Positions 27,897 through 41,844 of a stretch of 64,000 bases of DNA are shown here, in pieces (within the stretch, counting starts at the first letter, position 1; each line of letters opens with the position of its first letter). The stretch lies in NCBI GenBank assembly GCA_976551045.1, contig CDPCPM010000044.1:4898001-4962000 (forward strand), read 5' to 3'. The translations under genes were made by a program, and so were the position numbers. The DNA comes from Glaucostegus cemiculus (taxonomy: Eukaryota). The notes beneath the pieces are model-generated. The model searched no databases. It worked only from the letters and a program-made list of their open reading frames with translations, and was not told the origin of the DNA.

Positions 27897-28066
27897 CTTT
27901 GCATTTGATAGTAAAGTAGCAAAAGAACTAGCATGGTGGTAATCACTCTGACATTACAGTTTTAGAGAAGGACTTTTCTCAGAAATTTCATGACATATGT
28001 CAGTGATAACAAACCTGATTCTGATTCTGAGATTTCGTCTGGTCCGCCTAAGCCCCCACATGGGAT
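27897..28066 (+). repeat. Left arm of a long inverted repeat (partner 30121-30272)
   Basis: ctttgcatttgatagtaaagtagc...aaacctgattctg..gcctaagcccccacatgggat is the near reverse complement of 30121-30272. Confidence 0.9.
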
Positions 28067-28811
28067 CAAGATACGGTTAGGCTGCGATTAGGTATTATTA
28101 ACAAATGTAAAAAGTCAACAATTGTAAACTATGAGGGCAATAAATGGTAGCATTAAAATAAATGCATCCTTGCACCACATCAGTGCTCTGCTTACAGAAT
28201 AAATTCTCTATAAATACACAGTCATTCCACAAGATACTACATAAATCCTTTGCTCCATAACCTCTTATCACTTAATCCTTGGAGCCCTGTTAGAGTTGTG
28301 TACAGTATGTCTCTTTTATTAATAAATCCATGGAAGCTATAATGAAATGATCTTGCAGAGCCTCTCCATATGATTAGTGCACCATAGTCGGATGGTGTGC
28401 TATTTTTCATCCTGGACGCTGTTGGGTGTACCATTTGATGGAAGGGAGAACGGGCAAATGATAGAGAGCAATACCGTCATCTGGACTGCAGGGATATTTG
28501 TATGATGAATACAATGTTTGTGATTGCTAAAAACAATAGTCTTTCATTCTTTTACTTTATTGTTTAGAGTCCTGCAAAAATAGAAAAATGTGTGTGATTT
28601 TTACACACAGATGTATCTGGTATTTTGTGGGAGGCAAGGACATGATGCCTAAACACACTGGGTTGGATTAGGTTATTTAACAATCTGAAATATGATTCAA
28701 ACAGAAAGCTGTCACAATGAATATACATTGTTAAAATTATAACTTAGATTGAAGTGATTGTTTCCTTTTCCAGAGAAACACAAAATATAACTCTGATACC
28801 ATCTCTACTCA

Positions 28812-29430
28812 GTTGCCTTGCAGGTGGATAGGGCAGTTAAGAAGGCTTATGGGATGTTAGCTTTTATAAATCGTGGGATTGAGTTCAAGAACAGAGAGGT
28901 GATGATGCTGCTTTACAAAACTAGTTAGGCCGCACTTAGAATATTGTGTTCAGTTCTGGTTGCCGCATTATAGGAAGGATGTGGAGGTGTTGGGGAGGGT
29001 ACAGAGGCAATTTACCAGTATGCTGCCTGGATTAGAGGGTATGGAATATGAGGAGAGGCTTAAGGTGCTAGGGCTCTACTTGTTGGAGAGGAGGAGGATG
29101 AGAGGGGACTTGATAGAGATGTATAAGATATTGAGAGGAATAGCTAGAGTTGACAGCCAGCGCCTCTTTCCCAGAGCGCAGATGCACAAGACGAGAGGGC
29201 ATGGCTTTAAGATATTGGGTGGAAAGTTTAGGGGAGATGTCAGAGGGAAGTTTTTCACCCAGAGAGTGGTTGGCGCATGGAATGCTCTCCCTGGGTTGGT
29301 AGTAGAGGCAGATACGTTGGACAGGTTCAAGAGATTGTTAGATTGGCACGTTTGAAGAATGGCACAACTTGGTGGGCCGAAGGGCCTGTTTTGTGCTGTA
29401 TTGTTCTATGGTTCTATGGTTCTATGGTTT
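28812..29430 (+). mobile_element. Young 5'-truncated CR1 LINE
   Basis: Open ORF2 C-terminus (PHYRKDVEVL...FFTQRVVGAWNALP) and (ttctatgg)3 tail. Confidence 0.95.
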
Positions 29431-30120
29431 GGGGTTAGATTAGGGCACTGTTGTAATAGAATCATAACTATTGGGCTACTCTTTTCCAAATGCTGTGAAA
29501 TAGTTTAGAATACCAAAAAAAAACAAAACAACTCTGAAATTCTGAGAATATTCTGCTGATCCCGTTAATCTGGAGAATGGGGAAACCTCAGGGAAATGTT
29601 AATTTATGTTGTCTTTTTTATCGAATTCTGACAGTCTTAAAGACAGAGGTCAGTAGAACATGTGGAATGTCAGAATTTCAAGAAGAAAATCCAGAAGAGA
29701 AGTGGTATTCCTTCCCTGTGTCATGTTATTTCCAAGGCCCTCATACCGTGCGAGAGTTTCCAGGTTTCCAATAACTCTGGAAGTACCAGAAATGCTGAAT
29801 TTTAGGTTCCGCGTAGTTAGGTCACATTAGTACATATTCCAGGCTAAAAGTTAATAACCTGGAAGGCAAAGAAATAGTTAGAAAACAGAGACTACCCATT
29901 TATGATTCTCATAGAATAATGGACAGAGTGAAATCCACTAATTCAATCAGTAAATTACTAATCAATAGCTTGGGATGTCACGACTCTACCTCCAAAATTT
30001 ATTCCTTTGAGGTCAATTGAATGACTTTTGATGAGGGACTATGGGACACCGAGGAGTCTGTATGTCTTGCTTGGCATGACTGACTGGGGATGAATTTCTA
30101 GACACATATATTCCAAAAAA

Positions 30121-30272
30121 ATCCCATGTGGGGGCATAGGCAAAACAGAATCAGGTTTATTATCACTGACATATGTCATGAAATTTCTGAGAAAGGTCCT
30201 TCTCTAAATCTGTGATGGCAGAGTGATTGCCACCATGCTAGTTTTATTGCTACTTTACTATCAAATGCAAAG
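30121..30272 (-). repeat. Right arm of a long inverted repeat (partner 27897-28066)
   Basis: atcccatgtgggggcataggc...cagaatcaggtttattatcactgacatatgtcatgaaatttctgag...ctactttactatcaaatgcaaag. Confidence 0.9.
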
Positions 30273-30599
30273 CAACATCATTGTAAATGTATTAGCGCCT
30301 ATCATACCTAGCCAATCTTGTGTCCACTGCTTCCCGATTTGTCAGATTTACTTCCTATACCAGGGTGATGTCACCATTGGTGTAAAACCTGGGTATTACG
30401 TTCACTTTGCGGAATGTATAGTTAACAAACTTGCCTTTCAGTCTTCCCAATATAAGGTGGCACTGCTGCTCTCTCAACCTCTTTTTGCCAAGTTCATTGC
30501 TCCAGGTCACACTGCAGGTACGTTTAGGCTTTTAACATGTTCTCACATTTATTTTTCCTTTCCCCCAAGCTAGCCAAATTAAATCTTATCGACAAGCTA

Positions 30600-30885
30600 T
30601 TCTGTAGTGTAGTGGTTAGCATAATGCTATTACAACACCAGCGACCCAGGTTCAATTCCCGCTGCTGTCTGTGAGGAGTTTGTACGTTCTCTCCGTGTTT
30701 ACATGGGTTTCCTCCGGGTGCTCTGGTTTCCTCCCACATTCCAAAGATGTACGAGTTAGGAAGTTGTGGGCATGCTATGTTGGCGCTGGAAGCGTGGTGA
30801 CACTTGTGGGCTGCCCCCAGAACACTCTACGCAAAAGATGTATTTCACTGTGTGTTTTGATGTACATGTGGCTAATAAAGATATT
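30600..30885 (+). mobile_element. tRNA-derived SINE (second family)
   Basis: A-box tagtggttagc, B-box ggttcaattcc, gagtttgtacgttctc core, aataaag end. Confidence 0.85.
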
Positions 30886-31959
30886 TTAAAGATGTATTTT
30901 AATTTTATATGCTGCGTGCTCCTTTGGTTCTAACATTCATATTTTGATCTTCCATCTGATAATTTTCAAACGTTTACTTCCTCTTCCTGTACTTATTTCA
31001 AATTCATTTAATTATTTTGTTTATTTGCCATTGTAGACACCCTAAAGTCTATCAAACCCAAGCCTGCTTCTTGGGCAGGCATCTGCGGAATGGTTTTTGA
31101 GATTTTTTTTTGAAAGGAAAGGAAATGTGAAGAGACAGAGGTTCAGCAAACAGAGTTATGGAATAGAGTAATTATGGAATTAGTGACAAAACAGTTGTTT
31201 GACTGTTTGCCCACTAATGATGAGGCAAAAGAAGGTGTGAAAAGTGTGGAGGAATAAAATCTATGAAGACCAAAATCAGAGGAAGTAAATAATTCAGGAA
31301 GTATGTAACTTTGTTGATCACAGTATTGGGTTGGAATTGAACAAGTTTGAGGAATATAAAGATGATAAGAACGTAAAATTAAACATGTTAGGGCACTAGG
31401 AGTCAGATGGACAAGCACGCTGAGTTATAGGTTTGTGGGACAAGGATAAGCATGCCATACCTCAACTGTGCATTGGGATTTGCTGTAACTTTGTAGGAGA
31501 TCCACTGGTTTATGTTACGTATGCACTTCTGCATTTTATCTTCCAAGTTTTGATATAGATTGAAGATTGTGTATTAATTTCTTTTAAATGAGACACTTCC
31601 TCCATTGGTCACATTGTTTTATATAATGTGTTTTCACTTTCTTTTGTGACTGGCATTTCCATCATGCTAATGTTAATGCTAAAAATGTTGACAAAGAAAG
31701 TCGGACAAGTTGAGCAAAGTTTTTGTGTGCTATACAGTAGAATTTTATCAAAATCACAAACACTAAAGTTGTTTGGATCTTGGACTTCCAAAACTCACAT
31801 GTGGATGTTCTAGGTATTTGCACATTAAATGTATGGAGACCAGAGGAACTATGTACTGGTGGAAGCCTCTCATTTTGAGAAAAGGCCTCAATAGGAGGTC
31901 TGAGGTATTCTTTGATGTTACTTATAGTGCATTTTTGAGGAGTCTAAGACATCTGTCTT

Positions 31960-32880
31960 CTTCCAGTTAGATCCTTCTTTAAGCTTTCATAGTTATCACG
32001 TAGGGCCCTACTGCCAATGTCCTCAGAAACCTTTCCCTGGTGATTGTCTCTCTGACTAGCTTCCATGTTTATTTCCCCAATTCTCTACTCCCCTGCTTTT
32101 CATCCTATTCCTCTCTCTTTCTCCATGTCCATTATTCTCTTCGAACTGGCCCGATCTGCCCCAAAACACTCTTCTTGATAATCTCTGCAAATTGGAGTTA
32201 ATAGAGGAATAGACTTTGTTCTAGGTTCATCATATAAGGCCTTTTTGGCTGCACACAACACCTTGATCTGATACAGTATTGGATGTGCTGGCCAGAAATG
32301 CTCACTGTAATGCAGGATGTGATCTAACACCACTATGGATAGCTAATAGATGTAGCATTACTCCTATCCCCTTGTATTCCACTCCTCAATATAAAAAGCA
32401 GCATTCCAGTAGACCTTTTTGATTATTTTCTTATCTTTGCATGATTTTAATGATCCGAGTACATAATCACTCTTTGGATCTTCTAGGATATTAATATTTA
32501 AAATCCTTCTTAGGTCCAAGACAGGTGACCTCACAATTGCCTCCATTGAAATCCGTTTGCTACTGTTCACCGCATTCAGTTAATCTATTAATATCTCTTT
32601 GTAATGTGAAGCTTCCACCCACACTGCTGTAGCGTCTCCTGTTTTCAAGCCATTTCGAGACTTTGATGTATGACATTTAAATAATTTATGAAGACAGAGA
32701 ACACTCATGGCCATCATCTTTCACAAAGATCCATGCAAAATCCATTTATCACAATGTTAAGTTTACATTCCTGCCCTTTACACCCACCCTCTGCCATCCA
32801 CTATCCATCTAATTTCCTAGCCTCCCATTCAGCTTTTGTTAGCAGTCTCTTTATCAGATATCTTCAGGAAATCGATAGGC
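31960..32880 (-). mobile_element. Old CR1 fragment
   Basis: Degenerate minus-strand match to YKVLVLDHILHYSEHFW.. CR1 ORF2. Confidence 0.55.
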
Positions 32881-34329
32881 ATAACGTCATAGTTGTGTCT
32901 ACTATTTCAGTGGATGCAGGATCTCGACCCAAACGTTAACAATTCTTATCCCTCCACAGATTCTGCTTGACCCGCTGAGTTCCTCCAGCAGTTTGATTTT
33001 TGCACTCAGATTAATTGGGCATAACACCCTCTTCGAAAATCCAGGATTTCCAGGTCTATTACAACTGTTGACATTTGCCTCCATTGTTAGCTGTTGTTAC
33101 TGCCATTGCCTGGTTTGGCTGCTACCCTTCTTCCTGCTGATTATCACCAGTGAAAGCACAGACTTGACATCCAGTGCCAATGTGAGGAAACATGGGATAT
33201 TTGGAAATCTGGAGCAGGGTGGTGGAAAGGAAAGGTGTGATCAGACATAGATGAGGTGGTGGGTAAAGACTGATGGGGACTATGAAAAGGAAGTATGATG
33301 ATGGTAATTGGTAGAAGGATAAGAGAGATTGCAAGATCTTCCTCTGTAAGCTTTGTTCCTTCTCTCCATTAATCCTGGTTATCATTTGAATCTCTATGTC
33401 TTGCTCACAGCTCATCATATTCCTGCTTTGCTTGGTGCCCTTGGGGTTCCCCACCAACCTGGTATGTGATGTAGGAGTGTGAAGCACACTTGGGTGAGGG
33501 AAGGCACTGAGCAAAGAGCAGATCTGATATCTGGCAACGGTCACTTGAAAGAGGAGACCAAGGCAGTGATCTTGCCTCTGTCCTTGCTCCCCTGCCCACC
33601 TGCTCTGCACCTTCCTCCCTCTTGCCACCATCTATCATCAGCATTCTGAATATCCAAGACTTCCATTTCCTCCCTTTACACTCCTGCCACTCTACCAGTC
33701 TGAAACCCTATTTTTCTACTCACTCTATGTTCTTAACAAAATTGTTATAGTTATGCTGTAGAATGCTTGCCCCACCCCCATCTCCAACATATGCAGCTCA
33801 CATGATCCAGTTTTCATTGCCCTCACAACACTTTGTAACTGGGCTGCTTTAAATAATAAGAAAAAAGGAAATACCTGTCTACCTGCAGTCCAGGTAAGTC
33901 TCACTGCTCCCTCAAAACCACCGTTTTACCACCTGCTAGTACATTAGCGGCACTGACCCAGGTACTGGATGAAGTTCTTGCTAAAAATGAAAATCATTCG
34001 GAGGGAATGTCTCAATCTAATTTTAAGCAGATGGAATCTGAATTGTATCTGCTGTTTGCTGGAACTTTGCCCATCCTGGGGCGCCTCATGGATTGGGAGA
34101 GCCAAGGCCGTTATCACCAGGTACCACATGATGTCTGTCAGCAATTCTAACTTAGACATTCCTTTAATCTTAAAATGCAAAGAAAATAGAAGCACCCTCT
34201 CCATCCAACCAGGCTGCTATGGAATCTACTACAGCCAAGACCATTGAGACCAGACCCACAGCTCCCTGGCTATGACCTCACTTGCAACCACTGGCCAGGT
34301 GGTTGGTCTAGCTGTGTGTTGGGAGGAAT

Positions 34330-34725
34330 GATAGAACACAGAACATTACAGCACAGTACAGGCTCTTCAGCCCACAATGTTGTGCCAACATTTTATCCTG
34401 CACTAAGATCTAGCTAACTCTTCCTTCTCACATTGCCCTCCATTTCTCTATCATTCATGTGTCTATCTAATAATCTCTTAAATGTCCCTAATGTATCTGC
34501 CCCCACAACCTCTGCTAGTAGTGCGTTCCATGCACCAACCACTCTCTGTGTAAAAAACTTACCCCTGACATCCCCCTTATATCTTCCTCCAATCACCTTA
34601 AAATCATGTCCCCTCATGTTAGCCATTTTCACTCTGGGGAGAAGTCTCTGACTGTCCACTCGATCTATGCCGCATTATCTTGTACACCTCTATCAAGCCA
34701 CCTGTCATTCTCCTTCTCTCCAAAG
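34330..34725 (-). mobile_element. CR1 3' end
   Basis: DSQRLLPRVKMANMRGHDFKVIGGRYKGDVRGKFFTQRVVGAWNAL plus tail. Confidence 0.92.
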
Positions 34726-35899
34726 GGATACGAGGAGATAATCTAGTAAGGCCCCTCCACATCCTGGAACTAGCCAGGTACATCACTTGCTACTGAACCT
34801 TTCCCACCCTCCATCGTACTATAAAAATGAATGCCCTAGAGTCAGAGACTTCAGGAGGGGGAAAGTTGCAGTTACTGGAAAAGTGATTTTTGCAGACTCT
34901 GATCAATCCTGAAAGTAACAATTAAAGCAAAGGTGTTTTATAACTGCAACCCACCCACACTGAGCAATAATGTGGTCTTCTCTGGAATACAGCAATGTAC
35001 AGCTATTTTATAAATATATTTTAGCCCCTAGGATCGCTATACACAGCACATGATGCTGTAAACAGCTCAGTCAGACTCTAGTGGGGTTGTTCTGAAACTC
35101 TTACCAGTATTATGCAGTTTGAGGTGGACAAAGGTGGGAGGAAGAAAAGAGAAGAAAGGGATGGATGGACCACAGATCGGAAAAATTGTCTTCCATACTG
35201 GTGGTTTTTTGAGTTCTATTTTCATGGAATATTGCAGATATATTTTGGGAAAATGCAGTCTTGTTCAGCCGGTACAGGACAAGCATCAGGAATCATGCCT
35301 TGCACAAATGGTCATCGTTCATCACTTGTTTCCGAATAGGACTATAACATCTAGTCTATAGTGTTGAGGTATGTATGGAGATGGCTGATTAGACCAATCT
35401 AGGCTTGAAAGTTCCTTTCACATAGATGACAGGTGTTAGATGCTATAGCTGTTCTTGAGTTTTGAGATTCTCTTTTCTTCTTTGCTTCCTCCATTCTAGC
35501 TTCCTCATATGAGTGAGCACCAATTTTTAGGCAGGTATGCCAAACAGCTTCCTAGTGGTATATGTCAATCTCTTTTTCTGTTTGCCACATGATCGTTTGC
35601 CTTCAGTCAGCTTTCCATAAAGCTTTGGCAACGTGGCATGCAAGGGTTATGGACTTTGGAGAAGATGATGCATTTTGCACTGGCATTTTGGTAATTTAGA
35701 GTCCAGATAATGCCCTGTTTGATTCTGGAACATTTCTACACTACATGCATTTGTAAAACATCTCGAATGCCCATGTTTGTATCTCACAAGGAAATCCTGA
35801 ATCAATTACTGTGGAAGGGTTGGAGGGAGGAAAGAAAACTATGGGGTGGGTAGATGGCAGATTGGAAAGTTAAAATCCCTTTATGATGTAGGAAGTATG

Positions 35900-36125
35900 G
35901 TAGTCAGTCTGCATACAACAAGCTCCCACAGACAGCAATCTGTCTCGACAGTGTTGATCGAAGGGTGACAAATATTGGCCTGGGTTTGAATCCACATGTG
36001 GGAGACGACACCTTTGATGTGTGCCCCTCCCTCAGTATTCCACTAGAGTGTTGGCCTTGATTTTTGTACTCAAATCTCTGGAATGGGATTTGAAGCTGGA
36101 GGTGAGAGGCTGACAAGGTAGAGCT
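35900..36125 (-). mobile_element. Deu-domain SINE relic (SacSINE1/AmnSINE1-like)
   Basis: ctccctcagtattccactagagtgttggccttgatttttgtactcaaatctctggaatgggatttgaa resembles the recalled DeuSINE consensus. Confidence 0.6.
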
Positions 36126-37049
36126 GACAACCTGAGGGGAGACTACTTCAATTAGTATTAAATGAATTCTAAATAATATACTTAAAAAGTAATGTTAAAA
36201 AGGGGAAGAATGAGTAAAAAATTCAATTGAAGTTAAAAGTGGTAACTGAAGGCAAACTTTACAGATCTGTGATGTAGCTCTCCCAATGAGCAGTTCTGAG
36301 GGGGTTCTGGTTTTGTGCTTGTAATTATCACTTGTCAGGCAGGAGGCAATGCCCAAGTAGTAGCAGTCGGAGGGCCTTGCCAGGAACCCATAGTTTATGA
36401 CAGTACTTTATGTTTCTGATTAGTGGCTGTTGTATGCAGCAACAAGCTTATTGTGCTAGTAGAAAATACTTTAATTACTACTTAAGGTGGTCTAATCAGT
36501 GCCTACGACACTTCTTGAAAATGATCAAGATTACTCCTTGTGTTGAACAAGAATGTGCAGTAAATTAGCAAGGATAAACCTATATTTAATTAAAAGCTAC
36601 ACTTAATTACAATTTGTGTGCCTAACTGCATTGACATTTGCAAAACCAACATCCATTAAATGTAGTGAAAAAAACCTGAATTTATATTGTGTCAAATTAC
36701 ATCTCCCAAACTCATTGCAAAGCAGTTGGGTTCAATTAAGTATTTCCTTGTTGTTTGATAGGCAAGTTCAGCAGTGATTTTTCAGTTAGCATTGAGTCTC
36801 CGTGAACAGAAAGAACAGTAAATGAATTACTCTAATAGTTATTTTGTCTGATGGCCTGATTAACTAATATTACCTTAAGAACATGAACTCAATGTGTTAT
36901 GGTTGGAACTAGAATAAAACTTCTTGGGTAAAACAGATCAAAATATAACATTTAGTTGGTTGATGCTTTGAGTCTAATCTATGGAAAAGTTGGTTTCTCT
37001 GCTAAATGTGGTTAAACTCATTTTGAAGATCTACTAAGTAGATGACTAA

Positions 37050-37860
37050 GAACGTAAGAATATGAGATAATAGGAGCAGTAACAACATGATCTTGGCTGA
37101 TCTGCTCCAGTCCTCATCCTGTCTTCTGTGCCAATTTCCCCATAGCCCTCAGTTCCCTAATCTTTCAAAAATCTATCTACTTCCTCTTGAAATAACTCTA
37201 GTGATCTAGCCTCCATAACGCTCTAGGGTAGAGAATCCCAGAGATGAACCACCCTCTGAATGAAGTTCCCACCCATAAGAGTTTGAAATAACCATCCCTT
37301 GATTGTAAGAATATTCCTGCAGTTGAAAATTTAGAGTCAAAGATTCGTAGAGTCATGCAGCATGGGAACAGGCCCTTTGGCCCTACTCACCCATCCCAAC
37401 CAAAGTGACTTCCTGAGCTACATGCTTGCATTTGGCTGATGTCACTCTAAACCTTTCCATCCATTTACCTGCCCAAATGTCTTTTAAGCATTGTAACTGT
37501 ACCCACCTCCATCACTTCCTCTGGCAACATGTTCCACATACCCATCACCCTCTGTGTGAAAACTTGTTCCTCAGATCTCTTTTAAATACTTCCCCTCTCA
37601 TCTTAAACCTATGCCCTCCAGTTTTAGATTTCCCTACCCTGGAAAAAAGGACTGATGATCTATCTTATCTATTTCCTTCATGATTTTGTAAATCTCAAAA
37701 TCATGAGCTCTGTGCTTTTATATGGCTTCTTGTCAAATGCTTTCTGGAAATCCAAATAACTACATCTATTGACTTTGCTCGTTACATCCTCGAAGAACTC
37801 TAGCAAATTTATCGAATGTGCTTTACCTTTCATGAAAACCTGTTGACTTGGTTTGATTCC
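37050..37860 (-). mobile_element. Nested CR1 fragments
   Basis: Two CR1 3' tails (about 37050 and 37345) and RT peptide MKGK..SINLLEFFEDVTSKV...YLDFQKAFDK. Confidence 0.8.
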
Positions 37861-38454
37861 AAGCCAGCAACATTGGTGACCATGGTAACAAATCAAGGTG
37901 CTGACAACCTTATTGAGAGTGGAAATGGCTAACCAGAGTGATTGTCGGCAAGCAAGGGCAGTGAGAGAAAATACCACACTCACCTAAAAGTCTGCACAAG
38001 AAGGGGGATCGGAACACTAGAGGCTCCTGGGCAAGTATGTTGGTTTGGGACTAATTAAATTCTTGCTGAGAAAAATCAAGGCTGTGCACTGACTTCAGGT
38101 ATGTGTTCTCCATGATAAGAGAACTCACAATACATTCAGAAGTGCAGCAGATACATTAAGAAAGGCATTGCAGTTATGTAAGGAGTCTAAACATGCGGTT
38201 GATAAACTAAATGGCCACTGAAGTGGCGAGAAACATCACACATTCTGGTGCGACATCAACTGTTTTGGCGGGAATTACATCAGATGGACTGCACCTGGGC
38301 ATATTGGAAGCCTTGGTGTATATGATCAGATGTTATTCCATAGAGTCAATCATTTTGGCCAATTTACCAGAGGTGGTTTGAGACCTAGTTCAGAGCTAGC
38401 CTCTGGTCTCTCTCATTTGCCCTCTCAAATCTAATTCGCCCTATCAAATCTCAA

Positions 38455-39403
38455 TCTGTGTGGCCAGATTCTCCTCTAACTCCATCTACAAGTGTGTAGA
38501 TGATACCACCATTGTAGGCCATATCTCAAACAGCAATGAATTGGAGTACAGGAAGGAGATAGAGAGCTTAGTGGAATGGTGTTGTGACAACAACCTTTCC
38601 CTCAATGTCAACAAAACAAAAGAGCTGGTCATTGGCTTCAGGAAAAGGGGCAGTGTACATGCATCTGTCTACATCAATGATGCTGAGGTCAAGAGGGTTG
38701 ACAGCTTCAAGTTCCTGGGAGTGAACATCGCCAACAGCCTGTCCTGGTCAAATCACGTAGATGGCATGGCCAAGAAAGCTCAACAGCGCCTCTGCTTCCT
38801 CAGGAGGCTAAAGAAATTTGGTTTGACTCTCACCAACTTTTACCAATGCACCATAGAAAGCATCCTATCTGGATGTATCACAGCTTGGTACAGCAACTGC
38901 TCTGCCCTGGACCGCAAGAAACTGCAGAGATTTGTGAACACAGCCCAGTGCATCACAGAAACCAGCCTCCCCTCCTTGGACTCTGTCTTTACCTCTCATT
39001 GTCTTGGTGAAGCAGCCAGCATAATCAAAGATCCCACCCACCCAGGACATTCTCTCTTTCCTCTTCCATTGGGTAGAAGATACAGGAGCCTGAAGGCACA
39101 TACCACCGGCTGTGACACTTTACTCTGTACTGTTACTGTTTTTACCTGTACTACATCAATGCATTCTGTACTAACTCAATGTAACTGCTCTTTGTAATGA
39201 ATTGACCTGTACAATCGGCTTGTAAGGCAAACTTTTCACTGTACCTCGGTACAAGTGACAATAATAAACCAATACCAATACCACTCTCTACTAACTTAAT
39301 GTAATTCTACTATGTAATGAATTGACCTGTACGATCGGTATGCAAGACAAGTTTTTCACTGTACGTTGGTACAAATGAAAATAATAAGCCAATACCAATA
39401 CCA
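38455..39403 (+). mobile_element. Rex1/Babar LINE 3' part with tandemly duplicated tail
   Basis: ORF 38460-39197: K.VDDTTIVG (decayed FADD), NLSLNVNKTKELV, FKFLGVNI, KKAQQRL.FLRRLKKF, IESILSGCITAWY; two (accaat)n tails. Confidence 0.92.
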
Positions 39404-39984
39404 ATATCCAGCAGACAAATGTACCCAGTGATACCTGCTTGTGTTCCATTTAAGCTAGAAGTTTTGGTGCAAAATCATCCACCACAATTCATGAATCTTT
39501 ATCTGCTAGTGAGAATTACTTTGTATTTTGCATTGACAGTGGTTGGCATGATTTCTCTTTTATGCCAGGCCAACATTTCATGGCAAAATAACAGCCAGAG
39601 TTCTGCATCAGTCCAAATAAAGCATTTCTGAGTAGGACATAACTCTGTAACTTTTCTTGCCTGTTAAATTTCCTCGGATGGTGTTGTTAGGGTCACTGGC
39701 TTATTTTCATGTCAATGTAAGTTAGCCAGTTATCACTTGTCAGTCTTGGATCTGCTGGCAGGTATGTTAGACAGTAAACTCAGTGATTAACCAGTGGTAC
39801 CTTGGTAAAGTATCTACAAGTTCTCACAGCGACAATCAAAATCAAGTTCAGGAGACATCTGTTCTGTTAGTTTTCTCTAATTGTACCCTGTTATGCCGTA
39901 AAATTGTCAGGACTTTGTTAATCAATATGAATTATGGCTACCCTTGGAAATTTGTTAACGTTTTGCATCTGTATCATGCAAACT

Positions 39985-41240
39985 GAGATCTTACCAAATG
40001 GATCCACCACTGACACAATCCCAGTGTAGACTGAGGTCAAGAAAGGCTGTGTTGTTCTTCTGGCCTCTTAATTTCTTTTCATAATTACTCTTCATAATTT
40101 TGCATCAGATTTCCCCCTTTGGAGTAGAGTTAGTGTATAGGATAAATTGCAAACTATTCAACCTATATCAGCCCATCCTCTGTCATTGCATTGCAGTGCA
40201 CAGATAACACTTAAACACTCAAAGACCAGCTCCAAGACATTGTTAGCTCCTTCACTGAAACATTCTGGAGAATGGACCTTACAATCGACTTTCAAAACAC
40301 AAAGGTCATTGACCAATCTACCTCTGCTGCACAACACCTCTCTTTAGCAACAAAGATCTCTGATGAGACCCTCGAAAAGATGACTCACTTTTCTTGTCTC
40401 AGAAGCCACTTCTTAACAAAAGCAAACATCAGTAACAAGAGTTATCCAGTGCGCTGGCAAAGCCTTGGACCGTGTAAGGAAAAAAAATGTTTGAAAATTA
40501 AGATCTCAAACCTGGCAACAAGTCCATGATCTATCAGGCAACTATCATCCCATCCTCCTCTATACTTCTGAGACTTTGTCTGCCTACCACAGGAAACTCT
40601 AGGTGCTGGAGAGATATCACCTATGCTGTATCCAGGATAAACAAACCCAAATCAGTATCTTGTCTTGGAGAATATCCCAAGGACTGAGGCTGTAACTATA
40701 CGCAACCAGTTCTAATGGGCAGGTCCAAGACTGAAGTCCTGCAACAGGCACTCTGCTCCAAGCTGATTGAAAGAAATAAAACCGCCTCATTGGATTCCTG
40801 GCCTATGACTGCTCAACAAATGGAAGGAACAACTTCATTGTTTATGAGGCACTTGGGCAATTACTTGGATAGGAAAGGCATAGAGGGGTATGAGCAAATA
40901 GGATTAGTGTAGATAGGTGTTGTGGTTGGCATGGACAAGGTGGGATGAAAGGGCCCATTGTTGTGCTATACGTTTCTGTGGTTCTGTGATCCTATGAACA
41001 ACTAAGAAGGCCTTAAGTACCTCGATTCCTTTCAACAGGAGGATGTGAATGTCCATTGTGAAAGGTGGAAGAAGGGTACAGCACCCCAAATAACCCACTC
41101 ACTTACCCAGTGAAGACCCTCTTGCCTCACCTGTACCAGAATCTGCAGGTCCCACATTGGTCCCACCAGCTACTTCAGAACCCAGAGAACAAACAGAAAC
41201 AAATCATCCTGGACCCCAAGGGACTGCCTAAGAGGAAGGT
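39985..41240 (+). mobile_element. Old RTE LINE fragment with an inserted CR1 tail (40830-40995)
   Basis: Decayed GVKQGCV motif (gaggtcaagaaaggctgtgtt), LEKMTHFSCLRSH, RTE-like end gggactgcctaagaggaag. Confidence 0.6.
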
Positions 41241-41844
41241 TCCATATAATTGTCACAGCTAATTATTCTAAATAATAAAGAAAGGTGTGATCATTAGAGG
41301 AAGCTGCATTTAAAATGACTTTAATATTACTGAAATGCAACTCAAACATATATCAGCTGATGTGTTTGAAGGCTTTTAATTTTTCCAAAGTGGGTTCCTT
41401 CCCCCATTGACTGGGACACTGCAAATGGGAATGGGATGGAATTTAACCTATGAGAAGGGATGGATTTTGGCTGGGCAAGGATAAGTGTAAAAATATCACA
41501 CAGCTCCAGCTGGCCTCAATCCTACTGTTTTAATGGGAGCAGTGCTCAGGCCTAACCACAACTAGGAGACTGAATGATTACATCATTAATGAAGATGGAT
41601 TTCCTCTATTTTACAGGCTTTTGTTTAGCTTAGGCCTACTTTAATCAGGCTTGCCAATAAAGGATGTGTGGATATACAGTACTGCTTGTGGGCCAGCAGG
41701 AGCAGGTGTGTTGTCTTTGGGCCTGCCGACATTACCTACTTCCAATCTGTGTCTCCTATCACAGTCTCCCCATAAGCAGGAACTCACTCCTCTCGTCTCC
41801 CTTGGATGTAGTTGATGAGAAATTAAAATGCATAATGCTGTTTA

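Noticed and set aside
21040-28336. Minus-strand exon candidates 28336-28262 (with KR...KR, neuropeptide-like) and 21201-21040
   Set aside because: Weak donors, no match to a neuropeptide family I know, and no in-phase link to the downstream chain.
30600-30670. tRNA-like A and B boxes
   Set aside because: SINE head continuing into a SINE body; not a tRNA gene.
33944-34247. Overlapping ORFs on both strands, one with a signal-peptide-like start
   Set aside because: No recognisable homology and no consistent splice partners.
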